64,000 nt of DNA, taken from NCBI GenBank assembly GCA_964016885.1, contig OZ024741.1, positions 170,252,001-170,316,000 on the forward strand. The letters are read 5' to 3'. The notes below the pieces were generated by a model. The model had not been told where the DNA came from. It ran no database searches and saw only the letters and a program-made list of their open reading frames with translations. The position numbers and the translations under genes are program-made. Positions within the stretch are counted from its first letter, which is position 1, and each line of letters begins with the position of its first letter. This DNA comes from Eledone cirrhosa. Lineage: Eukaryota. This document shows, piece by piece, positions 11,991 to 23,565 of this stretch.

Positions 11991-14794
11991 TAGTTAGGAC
12001 TTAGCCTCAAATAGAAATAGGAAGGAAAGGGAGTTGGTAGATAGTGTAGAAGAGGCAATTAGAAGCGGCGACGTGGCCAGAGTGCTAGCGTCGAGAACGG
12101 CCCTGGGCCAGTTCTTCGACGCGAAACACGAAGGCTGCATCGTCCCAAGCAAAATAGTACTCTGGGAAACGAGGGGACCAAAGCTGTTAGCTGGGCCCGC
12201 GTGACAGAAGCCAAGAGAGGGACCAGATCCACTATCCGGTCTTTGCGAGACCAGGATGGAAGGGTGATCCTTGAACCTAATAGATGTGCGAGGCTTTTCA
12301 AAAGCACTTTGCCGGATTGTTCGGAAGGGGCGGGAAGCCGGTTGGGGATGTGGACTTCGGTCCATACCTCGACGGCCTGCCGCGTCTCTCGGACAGGGAG
12401 GCGAAGTCCTGCGAGGAAATGATTTCAGCCGCTGAGATAGAGGACGTGCTGAGCCAATGCGGCAAACGCAAATCCCCGGGTCTCGATGGTCTTCCATACG
12501 AACTATATCTAGCTATGCTGGACTTGTTCCCCGATCTCCTCGAGGCGGTCTACTGCAACTGGCAACAGAACGGGAGAATTCCCTGTGCTGTGACCAAGGG
12601 CGTAGTCACTCTAGTGAGGAAGGACGAGAACAAGGGAGACGATATAAATAATTTCAGGCCCATAACTCTACTAAATAAAGAGTTACTGATTTTGGCCAAG
12701 GTGCTAGCAAAGAGGTTTGCGCTTGTCTTGGGTAACCTGGTGGGAGATGCGCAGACATGTGCTATCCCGTCCAGGTCCATCCACGACAACCTCCACCTCA
12801 TGCGATACATCATAGAGAGGGTTGGGAACGAACCCGGCTTTGGTGGGGCCCTGATCAACTTGGATCAATCTAAGGCATTCGATAGGGTCGACCATGGTTA
12901 CCTGGATGCGGTGCTAGCGGCGGCAGGCTTCGCACCCGTTTTCAGGGGCTGGATCAATGCCATGCACAGCAGCCGCATCTGCTCTAGGGTCAAGGTGAAC
13001 GGCTACCTCTCGGAGCCGTTCGAAATCGCAACGTCCATCCGACAGGCGTGCCCTCTCTCCTCCCTTCTGTATGTAGTGACTCTAGAGCCACTGCTGCGGA
13101 AGTTGGAGTTGTTGCAGGGCATCCCGTTGGAACCTGGATTGCGAAAAGCGGTGTCAGCCTACGCCGATGACGTAACAGTAATGGTGTCGACGGCCTCGGA
13201 AATCGGGGCGATCGGCACCTTACTGGAGGAGTACGAAAGGTTTACAGGGGCTAAGCTGAACCGGGACAAGTCGATCGGTCTGCAACTCGGCAGGTGGAGG
13301 GGCAGATCGATGCCCTCAGATGGCGTCGTCGGGCGCTGGACGGAGGGCTCGGTGAAGTTGCTCGGGGTCTGGTTCGGACTAGACCTCCAGGTGGAGAAGA
13401 ACATGGGTGAGGTAACGAACAGGGTGTTTGCACTGACCCAGATGTGGGCCGAGTGCAAACTGTCCCTGAAAGGTCGGGCGGAGGTGGCCAACACTTATAT
13501 AGCGTCCGTCATCTACTACCGCCTGACCGTTGTGCCTTGCCCAAGGGAAACGCTCGCCAAAATGGAGCGCGCACTCTTCCAATTCCTTTGGAAGAAGTGG
13601 GCTCCTATGGTGAGGAGATCCATCTGCTGTCAACACCCTTCGAAATGAGGGCTGGGGATGCCGTGGCTAATGATACGTAAACACGCATTAAGGCTACGGC
13701 ACCTTCATGTATTCCTCTCCGGTCAACCGGTGTGGGCCCCAAGTTAGTTTGTGAGGCGAGCCTTTCCCGGACTCGTCTCACTCACCGAGCTGCAATCCTG
13801 GGTCAAGCAAAGACCGAGAAAACTGGGTGCCTGGCACACCGAGTGTGCCCAGGCGCTCACGGCTCTCTGGCAGGCGAACCCGGCTGTCAGTGGAGAATCC
13901 ACCTCGTCATTCTATAGATGGCTGGTGGTTAGCAGGTGCGACGACGCCCTCAGAGAAGCCCTAGGCATGGAGGAAGACGAACTGGCTAACCTGTTCGGTA
14001 GGACATTCAGCCCGGGACCCATGGATAACTTCCAGAGGTCCCTGGCCTGGCAATGCTATAGAAGGACTCTGCCCTTTCGAGAAAGGCTCTACAGACACGG
14101 GCGCCCGGGTAGGGACCCCTCGAAAAAGATCTGTCCCAGATGCGTGTGCGACGAGGAAACCGTTGCACACGCATTGGTACACTGCTCGGGCATTGCCGAT
14201 CTGTGGGGCTATGTCGAACAACTGCTGTCAAGGGTGGGACTGATCCGGTTGACCACCGAGTCTATTGTAACGATTAAGCCGCCTCCCCTCTTCAAAAACG
14301 AAGAAGAGGCGGTGTTTCTGTGCGTAATAGCCATGGCGAAAGAGGTTGTATGGTGGACGCGTGTGAAAGGACTGAGGTCAGACACCTTTCTCTCTGGCCA
14401 ACAACTGGTCCGTTTCTTCCTATATCATTTCGGAAGAAGGATCAGGATGGAGAGAGAGGTGCTGCACCCCAGCCGTTTTTATGAAAGATGGGTGAAAGTG
14501 GCGAGAATGGCCCATTGTGAATGGGCCTTCACTCTACATCATACTATAGGTGAGGAAGATGAAAGACCAAGGGAGCACCCCTTCTCTGTGCTCCTGAGGA
14601 AAAGGGTTGCACACTTTTTTCGGGGGGGGGGTGTGCGACCCCCCAATGTGCCTCCTCTCTATTGAGGACTTTGTTATACATTTTATTTTTTGTTATATTT
14701 TATTTTATTTTTATATATTGTAGGACGCCTTGTTTTGTAAACTCCCCCATTGTACTTGTCCCACTTTTGATGCCCTGCTGGCAAATAAAAGAAA
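11991..14794 (+). mobile_element. 5'-truncated Tx1 copy B
   Basis: Closely similar to copy A from position 9020 onward; RT with YADD, CCHC and 3'UTR; degenerate TATC tail. Confidence 0.92.
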
Positions 14795-14893
14795 CATATC
14801 TATCTCTCTCTCGCTCCATCTATCATCTATCTGACGGTTTGCCCATCTATTTACCTTTATATCTAGTGAGACATAGAGTGATACAGAGCGAAA

Positions 14894-15080
<187 letters not shown>

Positions 15081-15779
15081 TCATTCAAGTAGAGACCGAG
15101 TGAGTATGTGATTACCATTCATTAAAGCGGCAAAACACAGATTCTGCAATTTACTTCCCACGTTGACCATGCTTTAAACATTCCGAGATGAAGTAGATTA
15201 AATCGAATGGAAATTACGTTTTAGGATACTTGCAGCAAGATTTTATTGCTGTTGCAACACCAGAATTTTGCATCAGATATTGTTTGGATCTGCAGTAATA
15301 TGAAATTATATATAATCGAGTTTTATTCAGATATGATGTCCCCTTACAACCATCGTATTGAAAGTGCAACGTTGTAATTATATGAACAAACTCCATTCTG
15401 TGTATTATAACACCTTAAAATATGGTAGAGATGTATCTGAGAAATATTTAATAGGAATTTGTTGTAGGACAAGCCGAGAATGTATGAGAAAATGTTGCTG
15501 TTGCCCTCTTAAAACATCATTTAATATATTCTTTTGCGGTTGGCAATCGCAATAGCATGAAAATGAAAAACAAATGAGTATAAATATAGCATCAGATTGA
15601 AGAAAATGTTTTAGCGCTAATTACTAAACATTTCTAAATAGATTATAGGTTTCATAAAGCCTTTAATAGAAAATGCAAACGTTAGTTACAACTGCTCACA
15701 GAGCTAAACATGCTACTTTGAAAATGAATAAAAAATGTAGCAGCCAACCCGTAGCCTCCTACCGAAAATAGATGCAACA

Positions 15780-16010
15780 TTACATACTCAATGGTAAGTT
15801 TGCGGGGAAAAAATTATTCTTCATAAGTCAGTACTACGAGAAGGATATCCATAAATAATCTACATCGGAAATAGAAAAAATACAACAGCATATTTGGGAC
15901 TTAAAGGAGAAATAGGTAAACAAATATAAACTGGGAAAAAATGAGTAGTGCAAACTCCTATGTAAATTGTTCTCGAGAGTTCAATTAAATTTTTGCAGAG
16001 AAATTCAATA
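15780..16010 (+). mobile_element. Highly degenerate PLE GIY-YIG remnant
   Basis: QHIWDLKEK...NINWEKMSSANSYVNCSR...FAEKF resembles RIWDLKDQ...LDWSIL...NEKY of the copy at 18348. Confidence 0.5.
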
Positions 16011-16507
16011 AAATTATATAGTAAATGTACTTATATAATGGGAGGAATGAAATCGCATCCCGGTACAAACACCAGTACCAAATCCATAATGACAAATTGT
16101 TCGGAGTTTAAGCCAATATAAATACCTTAAATTGGCATAGTAGTGGTAGTGCGGCAGCAAGGTAGTAATAGATACTTTAAGACAAATATTGATAAATATG
16201 TTCCACAGAACCATCATTAATCATTTTAATACCAACCTGCCTAAACCTACCCCAGGTTCAATGGAACATAAGGGCTCTTATTTGAATAACAATCTTACAA
16301 CATAATTTGATATGAAATCCATGCAATATTTCATATTACAAATGCAATTTTAATTTGAAATAATAACTTAAATAAATCGCTCCAAATCCTTCAATGATTA
16401 ATTCGAATATAGTGTATTTCATTAGAAATAGGATAATTCAAGGGTCATTAAACTCTACTTCGGTATTGAATATTCATTCTCGCATCCGTCAACTTACGGA
16501 TATTTGC

Positions 16508-16586
<79 letters not shown>

Positions 16587-16607
16587 GTATAAAAATCAAT
16601 ACAATAT

Positions 16608-16679
16608 GATTACCTCATTACCAGAGGTTTCCCGAATGAGGCGAATACGAAAGAAACGTCTTCATTCGTTCGTCAGACG
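16608..16679 (-). ncRNA. Hammerhead-like motif in pLTR (mutated partner at 21413-21483 +)
   Basis: CTGACGA, stem II cgaatga/tcattcg, GAAAC, stem III CTC/GAG, GTA; stem I is weak. Confidence 0.6.
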
Positions 16680-17918
16680 AGGCAATATAAAACATGGCTA
16701 AATACTTGGAAAGTCTCAAGAAAAGCAAAAATAAAAAAAATAAAAAAATTATATAAATATAGACAAATGAATTACAATAGCCATATGAAATATATAAAAA
16801 TCTTTCAAGAAATATAGTTAGGTGTGTGTATATGTATGTATATACGCTCACAGATGTACATATATGTGTATGTACAAATGTATACGTATAGTGAAAAAGT
16901 GTGCGTAAATATATCTGTGTATCTGTAAGTTACAGACAGACATGATGTGGTTTTCTGTTTGTCAGGTACACAGAAAAAATAGGGTAATAGATACATTATA
17001 AGAATATGAAGGCACGCGTATAAACACACCCACACGCACATACACTTATATGCGGAAGTAAAAGAGGTAAGGGAGTGTAATAATTAAAAGAAAGTATCAT
17101 TCTCGATATATTTATAAAAATGGAACAATAATTTAGAAAGAAAAAATTAAAGAAAAGAAGACAAACAAGGTACACGCGTACACACACACGTATATCTACA
17201 AGAAACGTATATCTATAAGAAATATATATACACACGCAAAAAACGTGCAGACAAAAGCGTATGCAAGCACATCTACACACACAGGATGCACATATATACG
17301 CATATACGCCTCGCCCCATGTATATCTAATCACGCGCACGCACGCGACTGTATACACACTCGCACACATCCACACACAAAAATATACATGTTTATAAACA
17401 CACGCACACTTACACGTCCATACATTCGGTACGTACACACACACACACACACATACACACACTCACGCATATTGACCTGTTTGCATGCACACGCATAAAA
17501 ATGAGGATGTAAAAAAAGGAAGAGGAAAAAACAAAACAAAAAAGATAGATGTAAAAACACGGATATAACGACACATATACATACACACATATATATATAT
17601 ATACACGCACGCGCGCACATACGGAGGCGCTCGTGTACATATATAGAAAGTATACACACATTAAGGCGTTCAGACACATAGATACAGGGTGTAAAAAACT
17701 TGTGGTTAAGTAAGTACAAAATTAAAATTATAAGATTGGCTGCGAAAAAATAAAAAATAAAAATAAAAAGTATCTGGAGTGGAAAACGCAAGTGACCTGT
17801 GTAATCAGTTAGTGAAGAAAATAGGGAGGTAAAAAGTGGAAAGTGAAGATATTAGGTAAGTGACTCGGAGAAGAAGGGGGCGGGTTATTGGTGGATGTGA
17901 AGTAAAAATAAAAAAACA

Positions 17919-18278
17919 TAAAAATAAAAATAAAAATAAAAATAAAAATAAAAATAAAAATAAAAATAAAAATAAAAATAAAAATAAAAATAAAAATAAA
18001 AATAAAAATAAAAATAAAAATAAAAATAAAAATAAAAATAAAAATAAAAATAAAAATAAAAATAAAAATAAAAATAAAAATAAAAATAAAAATAAAAATA
18101 AAAATAAAAATAAAAATAAAAATAAAAATAAAAATAAAAATAAAAATAAAAATAAAAATAAAAATAAAAATAAAAATAAAAATAAAAATAAAAATAAAAA
18201 TAAAAATAAAAATAAAAATAAAAATAAAAATAAAAATAAAAATAAAAATAAAAATAAAAATAAAAATAAAAATAAAAA
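17919..18278. repeat. Perfect (TAAAAA)n array, about 60 units
   Basis: Direct inspection; lies just downstream of the PLE ORF stop. Confidence 0.95.
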
Positions 18279-18347
18279 TGAAATTAATAATAAGGATAAT
18301 ATTGAAAGTAAATCAGAAAGGGTAGTTATAAAGAGAATAATAAGAGT

Positions 18348-19530
18348 TTATGGAGGATAAGTATCTGAAAGTGTGTTAAGTTTATATGAGCTGGAAAGCA
18401 GGTATGATTTCATGTGTGGGCAACTAGTGAAAATATCCGTCTTTGTGTTCAGGCAGGTCTTTGGTGATTTAAGATTTTGCAAGATCCAATATTTTTCATT
18501 TATGCAGAGCGTGCATTTTCTTGTTCCTCTTGCATATTCTTTAGATTGGTTCAAAATTGACCAATCCAATTTATATTGGATACCTTGGTCTTTCAAATCC
18601 CATATTCTGCTAGCCAGAGCTGTTGTAAATCTTTTTTCTGGATGTCGAAAGGATGCGACATGTGAGTAATAACGCGTTTTGAATTTGTCTTGCGTCATAC
18701 CCACATATCGTTCACTGGTGGCTGGATGGTTGTTTCTGATGGTTGTCAATTTAGCCGCATATACAATGGCTTTGTAATGGGCATTCACTTTTGATTCTAG
18801 AGGAGCAATTTTGATGTTCTCTAGGTGATTTTTTGTTGATGATATAGGACTTAATAGGGGGACCGCAGGAATAGCTAATTTTGACACAGTTTCTATTAAA
18901 GATCTTATAGTATCTATGTGTTCTAGGGAAATGTTTATCTAGGAGCTCTAGGAATTTTTTGCCTACATTAGTTTTAACTGCTAGAGAGTAGGGGGTTGTG
19001 AACCAGATTATTTTTCTTTTCCTGTTTTTATGTTTAATAGAGTTAGTATAGTTGGGTATGTATTTAATCGGTTCGCTAAAACCGCTATTTTGGAGGGCTT
19101 TATTATAGTAGGAGGATGCCTTATTAAAAATAGCTTCTGAGGAAGAGAGAGTGGAGATCCTACGGCTAATATTAGGGATAAGGTTTTTAAAAACTATAGG
19201 AGGATGGCAAGAGCCTTTATTTATATATTTTAAGTTTTCATTAGGTTTATGGTATGGTTTATAAGAAGCAGTAGGCAAATCTAGGTTTATATCTAGGAAA
19301 TCTACATTGGAAAGTTTAGTGTCAATAGTAATTTTAAGATTAAAGCTAGCGAAGGTTTTTATTAAGTCTTTCCTTAATCTATCTACGTTATGGCCTTGGT
19401 GGTATGGGAAAGTATTAGACCATCGTCGTGATAAAGCCCAAAAATATGGTTAGGACATTTTTCTTTAAGTGTGTGTAGGAGGAATAGGCCGACCAAATCA
19501 CAAACATCAGCACTGTCATAAGAGCCCATT
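18348..19530 (-). pseudogene. PLE RT C-terminal half + GIY-YIG endonuclease
   Basis: MGSYDSADVCDLVG, GLYHDDG, YKPYHKP, RKRKIIWF, KISYSC, IVYAA...RYVGMT, CTLCINEK. Confidence 0.88.
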
Positions 19531-19540
19531 AATACTGAAC

Positions 19541-20565
19541 ATGGATAGATACCCTTTGGATTACTCTGTAAAGAATATCCCAACACCTTCTAACACTCTC
19601 TACACGAAAATACTGATAGACAAAGTAGAGAAGGTTGTTAAAAGAATGAGATGGAAAGCTTTGATTCTCGATGGACACTTTAACACGGATTCTACGGAAT
19701 ATTTTGACATCAAAACTCATAAATACCCGCAAAGAGTAAAAGACATGACCGCATTTGAATTAGACCTAGTTAACCTAATCAACAATATCAATTTTCGTAA
19801 GTACTCTAACCCTTTTCAATCTAAACTATCTAATGATATTTCAACATTCAAATCTTCTAATAACAAGTTCATCTTCTCCGATAAAACTAAAAACCTATAT
19901 GAAGTTAACAATAATTTACACGACCAACTATTAATATATAATATCACCTCTAAATACCAAATAGCTAATATAAACACGTATCTTAATATAAATAAGCAAG
20001 CTAAAGAATTAGCGGTTTCTTTAAAAATAGATAATAGGACAGAAAAACTTGCTAAACGTAATGCGTATATCACCCTTAAAGATCACAAACCCGACTTTAT
20101 TAATCGTCCTAGCTGTAGATTAATCAACCCTGCTAAGACTGATATTGGTCTTGCCATCAAAAAAAAATTAAATAATATAAATACACACCTTAGAAGTAAG
20201 TCTAAATTACTCCAATGGATAAAATCTCTTCCGTAGTACATTGGTTTAATAATGTTAAAAACAAAAATAGTTCTAGATTCACCCAATTTGACATTGTAGA
20301 TTTCTACCCATCTATCAGTCAGACCCTTTTAGCGAAAGCTTTAAATTTCGCTAGAAGGTTTACTAATATCTCCGATATTGAAGAGAATGTCATCTTGCAC
20401 GCTAGAAACACTCTACTCTTTACTGATAATGACACTTGGGTAAAAATATCTAACCCAGAGAGCCCATTCGATGTCTCAATGGGCTCTTATGACAGTGCTG
20501 ATGTTTGTGATTTGGTCGGCCTATTCCTCCTACACACACTTAAAGAAAAATTTCCTAACCATATA
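19541..20565 (+). pseudogene. PLE N-terminus + RT N-terminal half
   Basis: MDRYPLDYSVKNIP, KRMRWKA, SDKT, ITLKDHK, CRLINP, QFDIVDFYPSI, FDVSMGSYD; one frameshift near 20220. Confidence 0.88.
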
Positions 20566-21605
20566 TATATTTTTCCTAACCATATATATATATATATATG
20601 TGTGTATGTATATGTGTCGTTATATCCGTGTTTTTACATCTATCTTTTTTGTTTTGTTTTTTTCCTCTTCCTTTTTTTACATCCTCATTTTTATGCGTGT
20701 GCATGCAAACAGGTCAATATGCGTGAGTGTGTGTATGTGTACAGTCGCGTGCGTGCGCGTGATTAGATATACATGGGGCGAGGCGTATATGCGTATATAT
20801 GTGCATCCTGTGGTGTAGATGTGCTTGCATACGCTTTGTCTGCACGTTTTTTGCGTGTGTATATATATTTCTTATAGATATACGTTTCTTGTAGATATAC
20901 GTGTGTGTGTACGCGTGTACCTTGTTTGACTTCTTTTCTTTAATTTTTTCTTTCTCAATTATTGTTCCATTTTTATAAATATATCGAGAATGATACTTTC
21001 TTTTAATTATTACACTCCCTTACCTCTTTACTTCCGCATATAAGCGTACGTGCGTGTGGGTGTGTCTATACGCGTGCCTTCATATTCTTATAATGTATCT
21101 ATTACCCTATTTTTTCTGTGTACCTGCCAAACAGAAAACCACATCATGTCTGTCTGTAACTTACAGATACACAGATATATTTACGCACACTTTTTCACTA
21201 TACGTATATATTTGTACATACACATATATGTACATCTGTGAGCGTATATACATACATATACACACACCTAACTATATTTCTTGAAAGATTTTTATATATT
21301 TCATATGGCTATTGTAATTCATTTGTCTATATTTATATTATTTTTTTTTTATTTTTTTTTTAGATTTTCCTGATGAGACTTTCCAAGTATTTAGCCATGT
21401 TTTATATTGCCTCGTCTGACGGACGAATGCAGACGTTTCTTTCGTATTCGCCTCATTCGGGAACCTCTGGTAATGAGGTAATCATATTGTATTGATTTTT
21501 ATACATTAAATTTTCCTCTGGTACTTACATAGAGCACTCTTCACTTCTATGACCTTTTCTGTTTTCAACGGAAATTTCAATACTTATATATATATATATA
21601 TATAT

Positions 21606-23350
21606 AGTTTTGCGAGGTCGAAACAAATATTGTTATACTTGGGGAGGGTCATATTTGTGTAATATTGCCAGAATTAATAGCAGAACACACTCACTGTTGG
21701 GCTGGTTTTCGCTTTTCGCTTGTGTGACTTTTATATTGGTTAATTTAATTTATTCGGTCCTCAATGTTGCCATTGACTGACCAACGGTCAAAAATACAGA
21801 TACAATATAGACACAAACACATATATATAGTTTATCAAAGTTCTTTCGTTGCACATCTGCAACATCGTCAGTGGTGCTATTGTTTTTCCCGTTGCATTGT
21901 ATTTTCTACGCCATGTTTATTTAGTCTGTATATATATTTATATATTTGTTTTGTTTCTTTTTGTCTTCTTTGCGCATGCGTTTGAGTGTCTGTGTATAGT
22001 GTTTTGTTTGATGTGTGTTCGTGATTGGGTGACTGTGTATTGGTTAATGTATTCTATCTTTACTAGTGTGTGTTTATATGTGTTTGTTGTTATTGTACTT
22101 GTGTATGTATTTATTTATTTATCTATTTATTTATTTATACTTCTCTTAGGTCAGTGTTATTTGTTTGGGTGTTGTTATTCCATTCATTTTTTCTGTTTAG
22201 CCTTGGCCTTCTAAGTTCTATTTCACTGGCCTCTCTGATTTGCCTATCTGCTGGGTCATTTCTATGTTTAGATATTATTCTAATTTCTATGTTGTCTATG
22301 TTACCGTCGTGTTGTTTTCTGGCATGTTCGTATAGTACTGAACCGTTTTTTCGTCCTTTTAGTTCCCCCAGTGTTGGTCTATCCTTTCACCTATGCTACG
22401 AGCTGTCTCGCCTATGTATGTTGTTTTCATGTTTCTGCAAGTACCCTCTTATGCTATAGACTACGTTTCTAGTTTTTACAATTTATCCGGGGGTTTACCT
22501 TACATATAATACATTTCCTATTAATACAGTGGGTTTTCTTAAAAGGCTATGATTTGCTGATCAGGGATTTTATGGTGGTTCCTGGCTTTTCTAGAACCTT
22601 AATCTTTAAGCGGGTCTTTCTCACGGCTTTCTACACTGGTTAGCTAATTTCCCTCCAGGGGTAGCGTCCACATAACACTCTGGTATCTCTAGTTGTCGTA
22701 CCATGAGGTAGCTTTCCATATCTTATGTCTAGCCCTATCTAAGCTATTCCATGATTTTCTCCTGTATAATGGGCAAATTCCTTTCATGTCCAGTTCTATG
22801 AGGGTTTTATACTTCTCCGTGGCTCCTTCGTATACCCTGATTCTGTCTCTTTGGTTGTAGCCAGAGAACTGCATGCGGTTGATGAAGTGTTGGATGTGTC
22901 TTTTCATTTCTGTTGGGTCGCACATGCGGGACACATTCTTCATCACTCGTACCAAGTCTGCGATCAGAATATTAAAATTAACACTACTGGACATTGTTGA
23001 GTTTTTGAGTATCAGGTATTTGGAGGCCATGGGTTTAGTATAGTGTGAGTGGAGAATTTGGGCTTTCTCGTCTATAGTGTTAACCCAGAGTTCCGTGTCT
23101 AATACAGGTAGTCTATTGTTAGGGTGTTTGGAAGGGTAGTCGATAGTTACAGTTATACTCTGGTGTATGGAATTAGCTATCTGCTGGATGATTTCCATTG
23201 TGCTACATTCTAAATCAAACTAGGACCGAATAAATTAAATTACCGATATAAAAGACACAGAAGCGAAAAGCGAAAACCAACCAAACAGTGAGTGTGTTCT
23301 GTTATTAATTCTGGCAATATTACACAAATATGACTCTTCCCCAAGTATAT
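21606..23350 (-). mobile_element. 5'-truncated PLE (family P2, tentatively Nematis-like) with inverted partial pLTR
   Basis: RT thumb DYPSKH...LPVLD...YTKPMAS...MQFSGY (22689-23198); endonuclease TYIGETARSIGERIDQH...RQIREA (22200-22450); 23222-23348 is the reverse complement of 21634-21762. Confidence 0.85.
21836..21874 (-). ncRNA. Minimal hammerhead-like motif of P2 (also 52863-52900 - and 53594-53633 +)
   Basis: CTGACGA t gttgca gatg tgcaac GAAA G aa CTT: 6-bp stem II, vestigial stem III, weak stem I. Confidence 0.55.
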
Positions 23351-23358
23351 ATATTTTA

Positions 23359-23409
<51 letters not shown>

Positions 23410-23420
23410 CTACTTATCTA

Positions 23421-23493
<73 letters not shown>

Positions 23494-23565
23494 TAGTAGA
23501 TAGATAGGTAGATTAGATAGATAGAGAAAAATAAATACATAGATAGATAGATAGATAGATATATT

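Larger units (their letters stand above)
16583..21585. mobile_element. Rearranged PLE (probably Naiad-type) with about 1-kb inverted pLTRs
   Basis: 16583-17600 is the reverse complement of about 20585-21508. The ORF 5' half lies on plus (19541-20565) and the 3' half on minus (19530-18348). (TA)n on both flanks. Confidence 0.88.

Noticed and set aside
21370-21377. CTGATGAG as an extra HHR
   Set aside because: No stem II/GAAA follows, and it is not preserved in the mirror arm.
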